A stretch of 64,000 nt of DNA from Vicinamibacterales bacterium. Lineage in GTDB: Bacteria > Acidobacteriota > Vicinamibacteria > Vicinamibacterales > UBA8438. The number at the start of each line of letters is the position of its first letter. Positions within the stretch are counted from its first letter, which is position 1. This document shows, piece after piece, positions 1-10,495 of the stretch. The position numbers and the translations under genes were made by a program. The notes under the pieces were generated by a model that saw only the letters and a program-made list of their open reading frames with translations, had not been told where the DNA came from and did no database searches. The stretch spans positions 47,896 to 111,895 of the forward strand of contig CBDATI010000022.1 of the NCBI GenBank assembly GCA_965199675.1. Reading direction: 5' to 3'.

Positions 1-762
1 GAGGTCGATGGAGACGTTGCCCGTCCGCGCGGTGCTGCGGCCTAAGCCCGGGGGCGGCCCGCCGGGCCCGCCGCCGGTGCGCCCGAACCCGCCGCCGAAG
101 CGGAAGGTGGGGAACCCGTCCCGGAAATAGAACTTGCTGGACTGCCACGGCCGCAACCCTTGCGCCAACTGCTCCGGGAACCGGGCCGGATCGGCGGCCG
201 CCGCGTAGGCCTCGCGGGCGAGTATCGCCGACGCCTGGTGATGCTGCCCCCCGCCCTCGCCGTCGGGGCTCATCGCCACGATGACGTCGGGCCGGATGGT
301 GCGGATGAGGCGGACGAAGTCGCCGAGGATGATCTCGCGCCCCCATGCCTCGAACGTCTCCTCGCGGCTGAACGAGTAGCCGAAGTCGACGGCGCGGGTG
401 AAGAACTGCTCGGCCCCGTCGAGTCGGTGCGCGGCCAGCAGCTCCTCGGTCCTCAGCACGGCCAGGGCGTCGAAGAGCTCGGGGCCGATCTCGTTCTGTC
501 CGCCGTCGCCGCGGGTGGCGCTGACGAGGGTCGTGCGGACGCCCTCGCCGTGGCTCAACAGCGTCAGCAGCCCGTTGATCTCGTCGTCGGGATGCGCCAC
601 CGCCGACATGAACGTCCCGGTGTTGTTGAGCTGCCGCAGCACGAGCCCGAGTTCGGTCCGGCCGTTGATCCGCTCGGCGGGCTGCGCCTGCGGCGCCGGT
701 CCCGGCGCGGCGAGGAAAACACACAAGGCACCGATTGCCGCCAGTGTGCGAGTCTGTGTCAT
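1..762 (-). CDS. Secreted PIG-L/LmbE-family deacetylase (truncated by window edge)
   Basis: Not in the ORF track. Manual translation gives MTQTRTLAAIGALCVFLAAPG (signal-like), then AHPDDE, TRGDGGQNEIGPE, RTEELLAA, DFGYS and GQHHQ motifs. GGAGG RBS at 766-770. Confidence 0.85.
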   Translation of the reverse strand, partial: MTQTRTLAAIGALCVFLAAPGPAPQAQPAERINGRTELGLVLRQLNNTGTFMSAVAHPDDEINGLLTLLSHGEGVRTTLVSATRGDGGQNEIGPELFDALAVLRTEELLAAHRLDGAEQFFTRAVDFGYSFSREETFEAWGREIILGDFVRLIRTIRPDVIVAMSPDGEGGGQHHQASAILAREAYAAAADPARFPEQLAQGLRPWQSSKFYFRDGFPTFRFGGGFGRTGGGPGGPPPGLGRSTARTGNVSIDL

Positions 763-862
763 GGTCCTCCCAGTATACCCGCTGGCGGGCCCGCGCGAGG
801 GGGCGGGGAGCGCGCCGGCCAGGGCCGGTGGGGCGGGACGTCGGCCGGCCCAGCGCCTCCGG

Positions 863-2077
863 TCAGCGGACCGCGAGGACGGACTCGCGCGCGAGCACCT
901 CGGCGTAGAAGGCCTCGTAGCGGGGCACGATGGCGTTGACGCAGAACCGCTGCTGGACGGCGGCGAGCCCCGCCGCCGCGACCGCCCGGTGGCGCGGCTC
1001 GTCCGTCAGCAGGGCCGCCCCGCTCGACGCCATCCCCTCGAGGTCGTCGGGGTGATGGAGGAAGCCGGTGACCCCGTGCTCGATCACCTCGGGGAGACCT
1101 CCGACGCGAGACGCCACCACCGGCACCTGGCAGGCCATCGCCTCGAGCGCGGCCAGCCCGAAGCTCTCCTGCGCCGACGGCAGCAGGAACAGGTCGGCGA
1201 CCGAGAGCAGCGGCACCACCTGCTCCTGCTCGCCGAGGGGGGCGACGGCGTCGGCGAGCCCGAGGTCCCGCGCCTGCCGGACGGCCGGGTCGAGGTCGGG
1301 CCCGTCGCCGACGAGGAGCAGTTTCGACGGCACGCGCCGACGGATGCGGTCGAAGACGTCGATCACCGCCTCGATGCGCTTCACAGGCCGGAAGTTCGAG
1401 ACGTGGATGACGAGGCGCGTCGCCCCCGCGCCCGTCGCGCCGCCGTTGCCGTCCTCGACCCCGCTGCCCGGGGCGGCGCCGGCCGTCCCCGCGAACCGGG
1501 CGCGCAGAGCGGCGTCCTCCGAGCGGCGGTGGATGTCGCAGTCGAGGAAGTTCGGAATCACCCGAATGTCGGCCCGCACCGAGAGCTGCTGGTAGGTGTC
1601 GGCGCGCAGGCTCTCGGACACCGCGGTCACGCCGTCGGACTGGTCGATGCAGAACGCCGCCGTCTCCGAGTACGAGCTGTCGCTGCCGATCAGGGTCACG
1701 TCGGTGCCGTGCAGGGTGGTGATGACCCGCGGCACGCGCGCCCCCGCCGTGTTCGCGAGAATCTGCCGCGCCAGATACGCGGCCGCCGCATGGGGGATTG
1801 CGTAGTGGGCGTGGATGACGTCGAGGTGGTGCTCGCGGCTCACCTGGACGATCTTGTTGGCGAGCGACAACAAGTGTTGCGGCTCGCGAAACAGCGGGTA
1901 ACCGGGGGTCCGGACGGCGTGGAAGACCAGCCCGACCTGGAAGTCGGGCACGCGGAACGGCATCTCGGTGCTGATGAGCCGCACCTCGTGTCCCCGCTGG
2001 GCGAGGGCCTTGGCGAGCTCGGTGGCGACGATGCCGCTGCCGCCGACGGTGGGATAGCAGACGATGCCGATGTTCAT
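863..2077 (-). CDS. bshA: N-acetyl-alpha-D-glucosaminyl L-malate synthase (GT4)
   Basis: MNIGIVCYPTVGGSGIVATELA, HAHYAIPHA, TTLHGTD, HVSNFRPVKR and ESFGLAALEAM motifs. Start trimmed from the track ORF. Confidence 0.9.
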   Translation of the reverse strand: MNIGIVCYPTVGGSGIVATELAKALAQRGHEVRLISTEMPFRVPDFQVGLVFHAVRTPGYPLFREPQHLLSLANKIVQVSREHHLDVIHAHYAIPHAAAAYLARQILANTAGARVPRVITTLHGTDVTLIGSDSSYSETAAFCIDQSDGVTAVSESLRADTYQQLSVRADIRVIPNFLDCDIHRRSEDAALRARFAGTAGAAPGSGVEDGNGGATGAGATRLVIHVSNFRPVKRIEAVIDVFDRIRRRVPSKLLLVGDGPDLDPAVRQARDLGLADAVAPLGEQEQVVPLLSVADLFLLPSAQESFGLAALEAMACQVPVVASRVGGLPEVIEHGVTGFLHHPDDLEGMASSGAALLTDEPRHRAVAAAGLAAVQQRFCVNAIVPRYEAFYAEVLARESVLAVR

Positions 2078-2317
2078 GCGTGCGGGGTCTCCGCGGTGCG
2101 GCCGCCCCCGGCTCGGAAGGACCGCCCGCACGTCGAAGGACGAGCCGGCGGGCCCGATCGTTTCAGCGGCATGGTTCGTGCATACTTGGACTGCTGACGG
2201 TCACGCCTCTTCCGAGCACCCGGTCCGGAGCAGCGGGAGACAGACCTCGTTGCGCGCGTGGTCGGCCACCTCGGATCGACAGACCCGTCGCCGGCGTCCG
2301 AAACGTGAGGAGACCGC

Positions 2318-2899
2318 ATGAAGCCCATCGCCGCTCCCGCCCTGTCCGCGTTCGTCCTGGTCTCGGCGGTGGCCGGGGGCGCGACCGCGCAGTCCCTCGT
2401 CGAGGCGGCGCGGCAGGAACGGCTGCGGCGCGAGGCGTTGGTGCGGCACGCCGGCCCCGACGCGGCGCCGCTCAGGGTCTACACCAACGCCGACCTCGTG
2501 TACAGCGGCAGCCTGACCGTGCGAATCGGCGGCGACGAGCCGGCCGCGAGAGCAGAGTCGGGGGCCGCCGCGGCGGAACCGGAAACCCCGGCTGCGCCCC
2601 CCGAGGCCGAGGCCGCCGGCGACGAAGAGCGCTGGCGCAACCGCATGGCCGAGGCCCGGCAGGCCCTCGAGCGGGCCGAGCGCCGCGCCGCCGAGCTGCA
2701 GACCCGCGTGAACGGGCTGTGGGCCGACTTCACCGCCCGCGACGACCCCGCGCAGCGCGCCGCCATCGAGCAGGAGCGCCAGGCGGCGCTGGCCGGCCTG
2801 GAGGCGACCCGGACCGAAGTCGATGACCTCGCCCGGGCTGTCGCCGACCTCCGCGACGAGGCCCGACGCGCCGGCGTGCCGCCGGGCTGGTTGCGTTAG
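2318..2899 (+). CDS. Hypothetical secreted coiled-coil protein
   Basis: Signal peptide, QSLVEAARQER...VYTNADL, coiled-coil C-half ending GVPPGWLR. GAGGAG RBS. Confidence 0.7.
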   Translation: MKPIAAPALSAFVLVSAVAGGATAQSLVEAARQERLRREALVRHAGPDAAPLRVYTNADLVYSGSLTVRIGGDEPAARAESGAAAAEPETPAAPPEAEAAGDEERWRNRMAEARQALERAERRAAELQTRVNGLWADFTARDDPAQRAAIEQERQAALAGLEATRTEVDDLARAVADLRDEARRAGVPPGWLR

Positions 2900-2968
2900 C
2901 CTGGACTGGGCGGCCAACCGCACCGACCGAGGGAGACGCGCCGGCGTGCCGTCCGGCTGGCTGCTATG
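2865..2968. repeat. Two imperfect ~30-bp copies of the gene 3' end (period 70)
   Basis: gacgcgccggcgtgccgccgggctggttgc at 2865 and gacgcgccggcgtgccgtccggctggctgc at 2935. Confidence 0.7.
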
Positions 2969-4973
2969 GCGTCCGCTTCCCCGAATACTCCAGCATCTGC
3001 GCGGCCAGGTCCATCGGATAGGAGATCGCGACATCGACGATCTCCCCCGCGTCGTCGAGCACCGGCTCGAGACGCGGCTGCACGAAGCCCGAGTACGACG
3101 GCAGCCCGACGGCGTCGACCCGGGCCACGACCTCGTCGCGCAGGGCGGGGTCGAAGCGGATGCCGTGGGTCTCGAACAGGGTCCGGGCTGCGTCGTAGTC
3201 GCCCTCCGACTTGATGCGCTGCACCTCGGCGAGCAGCGTCGCCACCCCCGCCCGGAAGGCGTCGGCGTCGACCATCACGTAGTAGGTCTTGCCGTCGCGC
3301 TCGCGCCGCTCGATCGCCTCGGTGTTGGCCATCAGCCAGTGGACGATCATCTGGCGGTTGCGCATGTGGTCCTGCTCGATCTGGTTCCCTTCGCGCATCC
3401 GCCGAAGCTGGAGCAGGGCGTTGCGGGTGTACGCCTCGTACTGCGCGAGCACGATGTCGTCGTGCGCGTCGGCCGGGAGCACCCCGATCTCGACGAGCTT
3501 CGGGTCGGCGATGAAATAGAGGCCGATCAGGTCGGCCCGCGCCTCCTCGAGGGCGGAGTACTGTTCGTTCAGGTAGGGCTGGGCCGATCCGCCCAGCCGC
3601 TCGGCGAGCTGCCCCGAGGCGTGGCCGATGACCTCGTGCATGTTCGTCGTCATCTCGCTGGCGAGGCTGCCCCAGCGGCGCGACCGCTCGGCCTCCTCCT
3701 CGGTCCACGCAAACTCCTGCCGGTAGCCTCCCGGCTGGGACAGGTCGTAGCCCTCGATGACGTTGGCCAGCGAGATCGACTTGCTGCCGTGCTGCTCGCG
3801 CACCGTCTGGTCGTTGGGCAGGTTGATGCCGATCGGGGTCAGGGGGCCGGCGTCGCCGATCTCGACGACGACCTCGATGGCGTTGGCGGTGATGCCGGTC
3901 ACGCCGGCCTTGCGGTAGCGGGGGTCCCAGGGCATGCGGTCCTCGAACCACTGGGCGTGCTCGGCGAGGGTCCGGATGGCCCCCGTCTTCTCCGGGTTGA
4001 CGTAGAAGACCAGAGCCTCCCACGCGCCCTTGGCTCCCCGGGCGTCCATGTACACCTCGGTGAAGCCGTTGATGGTGTCGACGGACGAGTCCTGGTCCTC
4101 GACCCAGGCGATGTCGTAGGCCCGCTGGTCGACCGGCGCCCCTGTCTCGTAATAGGCGATGTTGGCGCGCAGCGCTTTCGCCATCGCCTCGCTCGCGTAG
4201 GGGACGGCCGCCTCGAGGTGGCCGATGATTTCGGTAATCTCGTCGCTGTACTTGCCGCCGACCTTGTAGACCTCCTCGACGAGCCCGCCGTCGACCTTCA
4301 CGAGGCGCGAGGTCAGCGGGTACTCCTCGTCGAAGGTCGCGAGGTCGGCCATCGACACGCCCTTGTAGAGGTTGTTGGCGCTGGCCAGCAGCATGTCCTC
4401 GCCGGGGCCCGGGGTCTTGTTCGTCACGATGGGCTCGAAGTCGGGATCGAAGAAGAGCGGCGCCATGCGCTCGACCATCGCCCCGAGGTCCTCGCCGTCG
4501 CGCAGGGGGAACTCGGCCCCGTCGGCCGCCGCCGCCCGGACCGCGTCGGCGAGCGCGGCGGGGGTCGTTTCCATCACGAATCGGCGCGCGGTGAGATTGT
4601 TGAACGGGCCGGTGTTGATCCAGAAGAGCTTGGCGTACTTCTCGATGGCGGCCAATGTTCCGCCGTCGACCCCGTCCGGGTGGGTGATGATCTCCTCGAG
4701 GACCTCGCGCATCTCGAGGTTGTGTTCGTAACGCTGGTCGTAGTAGATGTCGCGTCCCGCCAGCGCGGCCTGGTAGAGATGCCAGACGAGCGTCTTCTCA
4801 CGCAGCGACAGCCCCTCGAAGCCGTCGGCGTAGAGCTGCACGACGGCCGCATCGTCGATTCGCTCGAGCAGGTGCCGGCGCTCGCCCCCGTCCTGCGCCC
4901 CCGCCGGGGGCGCGCCGACAGACGTCGCCACCGCCAACGCCGCGGCCATTCCGACCCATTTCCGATACCGCAT
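2964..4973 (-). CDS. Peptidase M49 (dipeptidyl peptidase III), secreted
   Basis: HEVIGH zinc motif, EEARADL, PIGINLPN, signal peptide. Confidence 0.9.
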   Translation of the reverse strand: MRYRKWVGMAAALAVATSVGAPPAGAQDGGERRHLLERIDDAAVVQLYADGFEGLSLREKTLVWHLYQAALAGRDIYYDQRYEHNLEMREVLEEIITHPDGVDGGTLAAIEKYAKLFWINTGPFNNLTARRFVMETTPAALADAVRAAAADGAEFPLRDGEDLGAMVERMAPLFFDPDFEPIVTNKTPGPGEDMLLASANNLYKGVSMADLATFDEEYPLTSRLVKVDGGLVEEVYKVGGKYSDEITEIIGHLEAAVPYASEAMAKALRANIAYYETGAPVDQRAYDIAWVEDQDSSVDTINGFTEVYMDARGAKGAWEALVFYVNPEKTGAIRTLAEHAQWFEDRMPWDPRYRKAGVTGITANAIEVVVEIGDAGPLTPIGINLPNDQTVREQHGSKSISLANVIEGYDLSQPGGYRQEFAWTEEEAERSRRWGSLASEMTTNMHEVIGHASGQLAERLGGSAQPYLNEQYSALEEARADLIGLYFIADPKLVEIGVLPADAHDDIVLAQYEAYTRNALLQLRRMREGNQIEQDHMRNRQMIVHWLMANTEAIERRERDGKTYYVMVDADAFRAGVATLLAEVQRIKSEGDYDAARTLFETHGIRFDPALRDEVVARVDAVGLPSYSGFVQPRLEPVLDDAGEIVDVAISYPMDLAAQMLEYSGKRTP

Positions 4974-5026
4974 GCCACCTCCCCCTGCGGCGACGCGTCG
5001 CCGCGTACATCTCTGTTAAGCTAGCC

Positions 5027-5197
5027 GAAATCGGCGACGGCCGCGACGGCCGCCCGACCAGTCCCGCCCGGGAGTCGGCACCGCTTCCACGGCGCCGACT
5101 TCCGGGCGCGGAAATCGGCGGCGGGCCACGCAAGCCGCCCGACCCATCTCCCGCCGGGGTTTGCACCGTTCCGCGGCGCCGACTTCCGGCGAGCGCG
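5027..5197. repeat. Degenerate ~84-bp tandem duplication in the divergent intergenic region
   Basis: gaaatcggcg...gccgcccgacc...gcaccg...cggcgccgacttccgg occurs twice, at about 5027 and 5111. Confidence 0.65.
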
Positions 5198-5347
5198 TGC
5201 GGGCGCCGGCGGCGCGGGGGCTGCCGAAAGCAGTCCATCGTCCGCCCGGCGCGGGACATCCACGCCGGCGACCCCGGTCGCGAGGGGCTTGCCTGCGCCA
5301 GTTTATCCCGTACGGGAACGGTTCGGGCCGTATCGCAAGGAGGCACG

Positions 5348-7720
5348 ATGATCCGTTGGTATCGAGGAACCCGCAGCGAGACCGCATGTCGCACCGCGCC
5401 GGGCCGGGCGCCCGCGCGGCGGGACGTGCCGCAGGAACGGGTCGGGCGCCGACGCCCGCGGAGCGGGCACGGTCCGCGGGGCCGCGGCGTCCACGCAGGA
5501 TGCGTCGCCGTCCTCGCGACCCTCGCGGCGGCTCTCGCCGGACCGACGGCGGCCCAGCAACAGGCCCTCACCATCGACGCCATCTACCACCCCGACCGGC
5601 GGGTGGACTTCAACGGCGACGCCCCCATCGGGCTCACCTGGATCGACGATGCGCGTCACCTCCAGCGGGAACGCACCTCGGGCCGCGCGGACCTGCTGGC
5701 GGTGGACGCGGCGACCGGGGACGTCGAGCCGTTCCTGGATGGCGCCGCCCTCGAGCAGGCGCTCGCCGATCTGCCCGGCATGAGCGCGGCGGCGGCGCGG
5801 CGGGCGGCCCGGGGCCCCCGGCTCGTGTGGAACGCCGACCACTCCGCCGCGGTCATGAACATCTCCAGCGACCTCTACCACCTCGACCGGCGGCGCGCCG
5901 ACGACGTGCGGGTGCGGCGGCTGACCCGCGACCCCGCCGAGGAGTCGATGCCCGCGTTCAGCCCCGACGGCCGGATGGTGGCCTTCGTCCGTGACTACGA
6001 CCTCGCGGTCGTGGACGTCGACACCGGCCGCGAGTGGGCCCTCACCGAGGGCGGCGACGGCGTCGATCTCCTCAACGGCGAGCTCGACTGGGTGTACCAG
6101 GAGGAGATATACGGCCGCGGCAACTTCAAGGGCTTCTGGTGGAGCCCCGACTCGGCCCGCCTCGCCTACCTCCAGACCGACGAGAGCCCCGTCCAGGCCT
6201 TCACTGTCGTCGATCACCTGCCGTACCGGCTCGGGCTGGAGCAGACCAACTATCCCAAGGCCGGCGACCGCAACCCGCTCGTCCGCCTCGGCGTCGTGCC
6301 CGCGGCGGGCGGCGAGACGACCTGGGTCGACCTCGGCCGCTACACCCCGACCGACATGCTGCTCGTCTCGGTGGGCTGGACGCCCGGCGGCGGCGAAGTC
6401 GTCTTCCAGGTGCAGAATCGCGAGCAGACCTGGCTCGACCTGAACCTCGCCGAATCCGCGAGCGGCGCGATGACTCACCTCTTCCGCGAGACCACGCCGG
6501 CCTGGGTCTCCGTCAACGGCGACCCGTTGTGGCTCGAGGACGGGACGTTCCTCTGGCTCAGCGAGCGCTCGGGGTGGAAGCACCTCTACCACTACGGGGC
6601 GGACGGCGAGCTCGTCCGTCAGGTCACCGACGGCGAGTGGGAGCTGCGCACCCTGCACGGGCTCGACGAGGACACGGGGTGGGTCTACTTCTCGGGCACC
6701 CGCCGCAGCCCCATCGGCGGCGACGTCTACCGCGTCCGGCTCGACGGCGCCGACCTCACGCGGCTGTCCGAGCGCCCCGGCACCCACGCCGCCCGCTTCA
6801 GCCCCGGCTTCACCTGGTACCTCGACACCTGGAGCGACATCGAGACGCCCATTCAGGTGCGATTGCACGCGGCCGATGGCGACGAGGCCCGGGTCATCGC
6901 CGAGAACCGCGTCCGCGCCCTCGACGACTACCGGCTGTCGAGCCCCGAGTTCCTGCAGGTGCCGGCGCGGGACGGCTTCGTCATGGAGGCCATGCTCATC
7001 CGTCCCCCCGACTTCGACCCCACGCGCCGCTACCCCGTGTTCCAGCACACCTACGGCGGCCCCCACGCCCAGCAGGTCCGCAACCGCTGGGGCGGGACCG
7101 CCAACCTGTTCTACCAGCTCCTCGCCCAGCACGGCATCGTCGTCTGGGTCATGGACAACCGCACCGCGAGCGGCAAGGGGGCGGTCTCGACGTGGCCGGT
7201 CTACCAGCAGTTCGGCCGGCAGGAGCTCGCCGACATCGAGGACGGGGTGGCGTGGCTGCGCGAGCAGCCGTGGGTCGACGCGTCCCGCATCGGCATCGAG
7301 GGCTGGAGCTACGGCGGGTTCATGACCAGCTACGCCCTGACCCACAGCGACAGCTTCGCCATGGGCATCGCCGGGGGCACCGTCACCGACTGGCGCGACT
7401 ACGACACCATCTACACCGAGCGCTACATGCGCACGCCCCAGAACAACCCCGACGGCTACCGCGAGAGCTCGCCCCGCTTCAACGCCGCCGACCTCCACGG
7501 CGCCCTGCTCCTCATCCACGGCACCATGGACGACAACGTCCACATGCAGAACACCCTGCAGTTCGCCTACGAGCTGCAGAAGGCCGGCAAGCAGTTCGAC
7601 CTGATGCTGTATCCGCGCTCTCGGCACGGCATCACCGACCCCCACCTGAACGCCCACCTGCGGCAGAAGATGCTCGACTTCATCCTCGAGCACCTGCGGC
7701 CGGGCGGGGACGCGAACTGA
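5348..7720 (+). CDS. S9B dipeptidyl peptidase IV family, secreted (true start probably downstream)
   Basis: DPPIV_N motifs DWVYQEE and YPKAG; catalytic GWSYGG, DDNVH and RHG. Confidence 0.9.
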   Translation: MIRWYRGTRSETACRTAPGRAPARRDVPQERVGRRRPRSGHGPRGRGVHAGCVAVLATLAAALAGPTAAQQQALTIDAIYHPDRRVDFNGDAPIGLTWIDDARHLQRERTSGRADLLAVDAATGDVEPFLDGAALEQALADLPGMSAAAARRAARGPRLVWNADHSAAVMNISSDLYHLDRRRADDVRVRRLTRDPAEESMPAFSPDGRMVAFVRDYDLAVVDVDTGREWALTEGGDGVDLLNGELDWVYQEEIYGRGNFKGFWWSPDSARLAYLQTDESPVQAFTVVDHLPYRLGLEQTNYPKAGDRNPLVRLGVVPAAGGETTWVDLGRYTPTDMLLVSVGWTPGGGEVVFQVQNREQTWLDLNLAESASGAMTHLFRETTPAWVSVNGDPLWLEDGTFLWLSERSGWKHLYHYGADGELVRQVTDGEWELRTLHGLDEDTGWVYFSGTRRSPIGGDVYRVRLDGADLTRLSERPGTHAARFSPGFTWYLDTWSDIETPIQVRLHAADGDEARVIAENRVRALDDYRLSSPEFLQVPARDGFVMEAMLIRPPDFDPTRRYPVFQHTYGGPHAQQVRNRWGGTANLFYQLLAQHGIVVWVMDNRTASGKGAVSTWPVYQQFGRQELADIEDGVAWLREQPWVDASRIGIEGWSYGGFMTSYALTHSDSFAMGIAGGTVTDWRDYDTIYTERYMRTPQNNPDGYRESSPRFNAADLHGALLLIHGTMDDNVHMQNTLQFAYELQKAGKQFDLMLYPRSRHGITDPHLNAHLRQKMLDFILEHLRPGGDAN

Positions 7721-7746
7721 GTTCCGGGTCGGAAGTCCCGCTGCCC

Positions 7747-8469
7747 ATGGCTGAACTCGACGTCACGCCGCCGTCGCGGGCGCCCGGGTCGGCGACGCCA
7801 AACCCTCCGGCGTCGGAAACGCCCGCCCTGGAGAACGGAGACCGCCTCACGCGATGCGAGTTCGAGCGGCGCTATGCGATGCGGCCGGACCTCAAGAAGG
7901 CGCAACTGGTGGAGGGAATCGTCTACATGCCGTCGCCGGTCAGCCTCGTTCATGCCGAGGCCCATTCCGCGCTACACAGCGTGCTCGGTGTCTACGCGGC
8001 CTCGACCGCCGGCGTTCGCGTCGCCGACAACGCCACCGTTCGTCTCGACCTCGAGAACGAACCACAACCCGACGTGCTGCTGCGCATCGAACCGCCGGCC
8101 GGCGGCCGGTCACGGGTGAGCGACGGCTATCTGGAGGGGGCGCCGGAGCTCGTCGCGGAAGTTGCCGCCAGCAGCACGTCGATCGACCTGCACGACAAGC
8201 TCCGCGCCTACCGCCGCAACGGTGTGCAGGAGTACGTCGTGTGGCGGGTCCGGGACCGGCGCATCGACTGGTTCGCGCTGGCGGACGGCGAGTACCGTCT
8301 CCTGCCCGCCGATGCCGGCCTCATCCACAGCCGCGTCTTCCCCGGCCTGCGAATAGCCTGCCCCGCCCTGCTGGCCGGCGACATCGCGACCGCCCTCGCC
8401 GAGCTCCAGAAGGGCATCGACTCCGCCGAACACCGCCGGTTCATCGCCCAGCTCGCCGAAAGCGCCTGA
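7747..8469 (+). CDS. Uma2/DUF820 family endonuclease-like protein
   Basis: LENGDRLTRCEFERRY, EGIVYMPSP, EPQPD, PELVAEV, YRRNGVQEYVVW. ATG at 7747. Confidence 0.85.
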   Translation: MAELDVTPPSRAPGSATPNPPASETPALENGDRLTRCEFERRYAMRPDLKKAQLVEGIVYMPSPVSLVHAEAHSALHSVLGVYAASTAGVRVADNATVRLDLENEPQPDVLLRIEPPAGGRSRVSDGYLEGAPELVAEVAASSTSIDLHDKLRAYRRNGVQEYVVWRVRDRRIDWFALADGEYRLLPADAGLIHSRVFPGLRIACPALLAGDIATALAELQKGIDSAEHRRFIAQLAESA

Positions 8470-8546
8470 CCCTGCACCTGTCGCTCTGCTCGTCCGCGGC
8501 ATCCCGGACGAGCACAGGGTAATCACATCGGCCCGCCGCGGCCCGG

Positions 8547-10055
8547 CTACGGCGCCGGCACCTGCAGGTCGGGCATGGGCTCGGCGGCGAAGAGTCGGTG
8601 GGCCGGCTTGGCCATCAGGCGAGCCCACCGGGTGGAGCGCGACACGCGGGCGCTGTCGGTGGAGAGGCCGGTGTTGGCGAACATCTGTCGGTAGAGTTTC
8701 GAGACCAGGATGAAGGCCAGGCGGGCCTTCAACGACTTGACGACCGACGAGCGGCGCCAAGCCTCCCTGACGCTGTAGAAGTGGTCCCACACCTCCTGGG
8801 TGCGGACGCGGATCTCCTCGCCCGACATCGCCGGGTGAGGGGTCATCAGCTTGGGCCGCTTCGACTGCGGAATGAGCCAGTGGCGCGAGATGGGGATGCC
8901 GTCCACGTGCGGCATGTTCTCGGCGTTCTCCTGCTCCCACTTGTCGAAATCGAGCGTGCCCGGGAACGGCGTCAGGGTCACGAACTGCGCGAAGGTGATG
9001 TCGGCGCGGCGCGCCAAATCGAGGGTCGCCTCGAACGTGGCCGGACGGTCGCTGGGCAGCCCGAAGATGAACGACCCGAGGACGTGCACGCCGTGCGCCT
9101 TGAACAGCTTCAGCCGCTCGACGAGCTCCTCGCCGGCGAGGTTGAAGTCCTTGTAGACGTCCTTGAGGCCGTCGGGGGTCACCGCCTCGACCCCGACGAG
9201 GGCGCCGAGGATGCGGGCCCGGCGCATCGCCTTCAGGAACTCGGGGTCCTCGGCCGCCTCCATCGTGATCTGGGTGTAGAACACGAGGTCCTTCGGCAGC
9301 TTCTCGAGCTGGGCCATCAGCTCGAAACGCTCGTCGCGCAGGGCCTTGAGCTGGTTGTAGCGGGCCTTGTCCTCGCGGCGGTCCGCCATCCGCAGGTCTT
9401 CGAGGGTGACGGGATAGAAGTTGTCGTCGGCGAGGGCGATGAACCGGAAGCCCATGCGCCGCAGCTCGACGACCTCCTCGACGACGGGGTTCACCGGCCG
9501 CTGGCGCGGCTTCTGGCCGTCGGTGCGCCACACCGAGCAGAACGAGCAGTGCTTGGGGCAGCCCCGCACCGTCTGCACCGACGCCCACATGTAGTTCTCG
9601 CGCTTCAGCAGGTCCCAGCGCGCGGGTTTGAACCGGTTGGCGTCGACCTGGCCGGCGTCGTAGATGCGTTGCGGCTCGCCCTTGGCGCAGTCATCGATGA
9701 CGGCGCCCCAGGCGAGGTCGCCGTCGCCCTTGACCACCGCGTGGGCGCCCCCGCGCTCGTGCGCCTCGTCCGGATAGAGCGTCGCGTGGATGCCGCCGTA
9801 CACGACCCACGCCCCGCGCTCGCGGGCGCGCTTGCCGAGCGCGTACCCCACGAGGGCGTTGCCGGTGTGGATGCCGATGCCGACGACGTCGCCGGGCTCG
9901 ATCCGGCTGTCGTCGAACGGCTCGAGGCTCTCGTCGACGAGGATCGGATCGCCCCACTTGCGGGGGGTCGCCGCCGCGAGCACGTAGAGCCAGCGGGGCG
10001 TGATGACGGCCACCCCGAACGAGAAGTGGCTGGGGTTGACGATGAACACCCGCAC
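8547..10055 (-). CDS. B12-binding radical SAM protein
   Basis: N-terminal cobalamin-binding-like region (YGGIHATL, GDGD), CxxxCxxC (CPKHCSFC), DDNF, GVEA, TPFPGT. Confidence 0.88.
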   Translation of the reverse strand: MRVFIVNPSHFSFGVAVITPRWLYVLAAATPRKWGDPILVDESLEPFDDSRIEPGDVVGIGIHTGNALVGYALGKRARERGAWVVYGGIHATLYPDEAHERGGAHAVVKGDGDLAWGAVIDDCAKGEPQRIYDAGQVDANRFKPARWDLLKRENYMWASVQTVRGCPKHCSFCSVWRTDGQKPRQRPVNPVVEEVVELRRMGFRFIALADDNFYPVTLEDLRMADRREDKARYNQLKALRDERFELMAQLEKLPKDLVFYTQITMEAAEDPEFLKAMRRARILGALVGVEAVTPDGLKDVYKDFNLAGEELVERLKLFKAHGVHVLGSFIFGLPSDRPATFEATLDLARRADITFAQFVTLTPFPGTLDFDKWEQENAENMPHVDGIPISRHWLIPQSKRPKLMTPHPAMSGEEIRVRTQEVWDHFYSVREAWRRSSVVKSLKARLAFILVSKLYRQMFANTGLSTDSARVSRSTRWARLMAKPAHRLFAAEPMPDLQVPAP

Positions 10056-10495
10056 GTAGTCCCCTCCTGCAGCCTGCCGCCCTCAACACCGCCGCGGCGG
10101 CAATCGACGCATGCCGGCGCCCACGCCGCCACCGCGGAGACCCGCCCCCGGCAGACGTTTTCATCAGGAGCGGTACCGGCGCCGCCCCGGCACGGGCTCG
10201 ATTCCCGGCGACGAGGCGGACCCGACACGCCAAGAACTATCGATTGTATTCGCCTGGGGCGAACCGGGACAAGCGGCAAGACTCCGGGGTGCACGACAAG
10301 TAAGGTTGCGGACTTGCCGCTTGGGGGTATCGGGGGGGGCTGATCGGCGGCTACCGCGAGGCGCCAGACAGGAGGCCTCCGGGCGAGAATACGTACGGTT
10401 GCCCGGCTGCCGGCCAGAGTCGGCGCAGGAGCCACCGACTGCCGATGTTGCTCCAGAAGTCGTCCGCGGCGGGCTCGCGCGGTGCCAGGGCGCCC

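Noticed and set aside
2964-7720. M49/S9 peptidases as PqqA-processing proteases
   Set aside because: Both appear exported and lie more than 16 kb from the pqq genes.
8547-10055. Assigning hpnP/hpnR or a RiPP methylase function
   Set aside because: No supporting neighbours or precursor; only the family can be supported.
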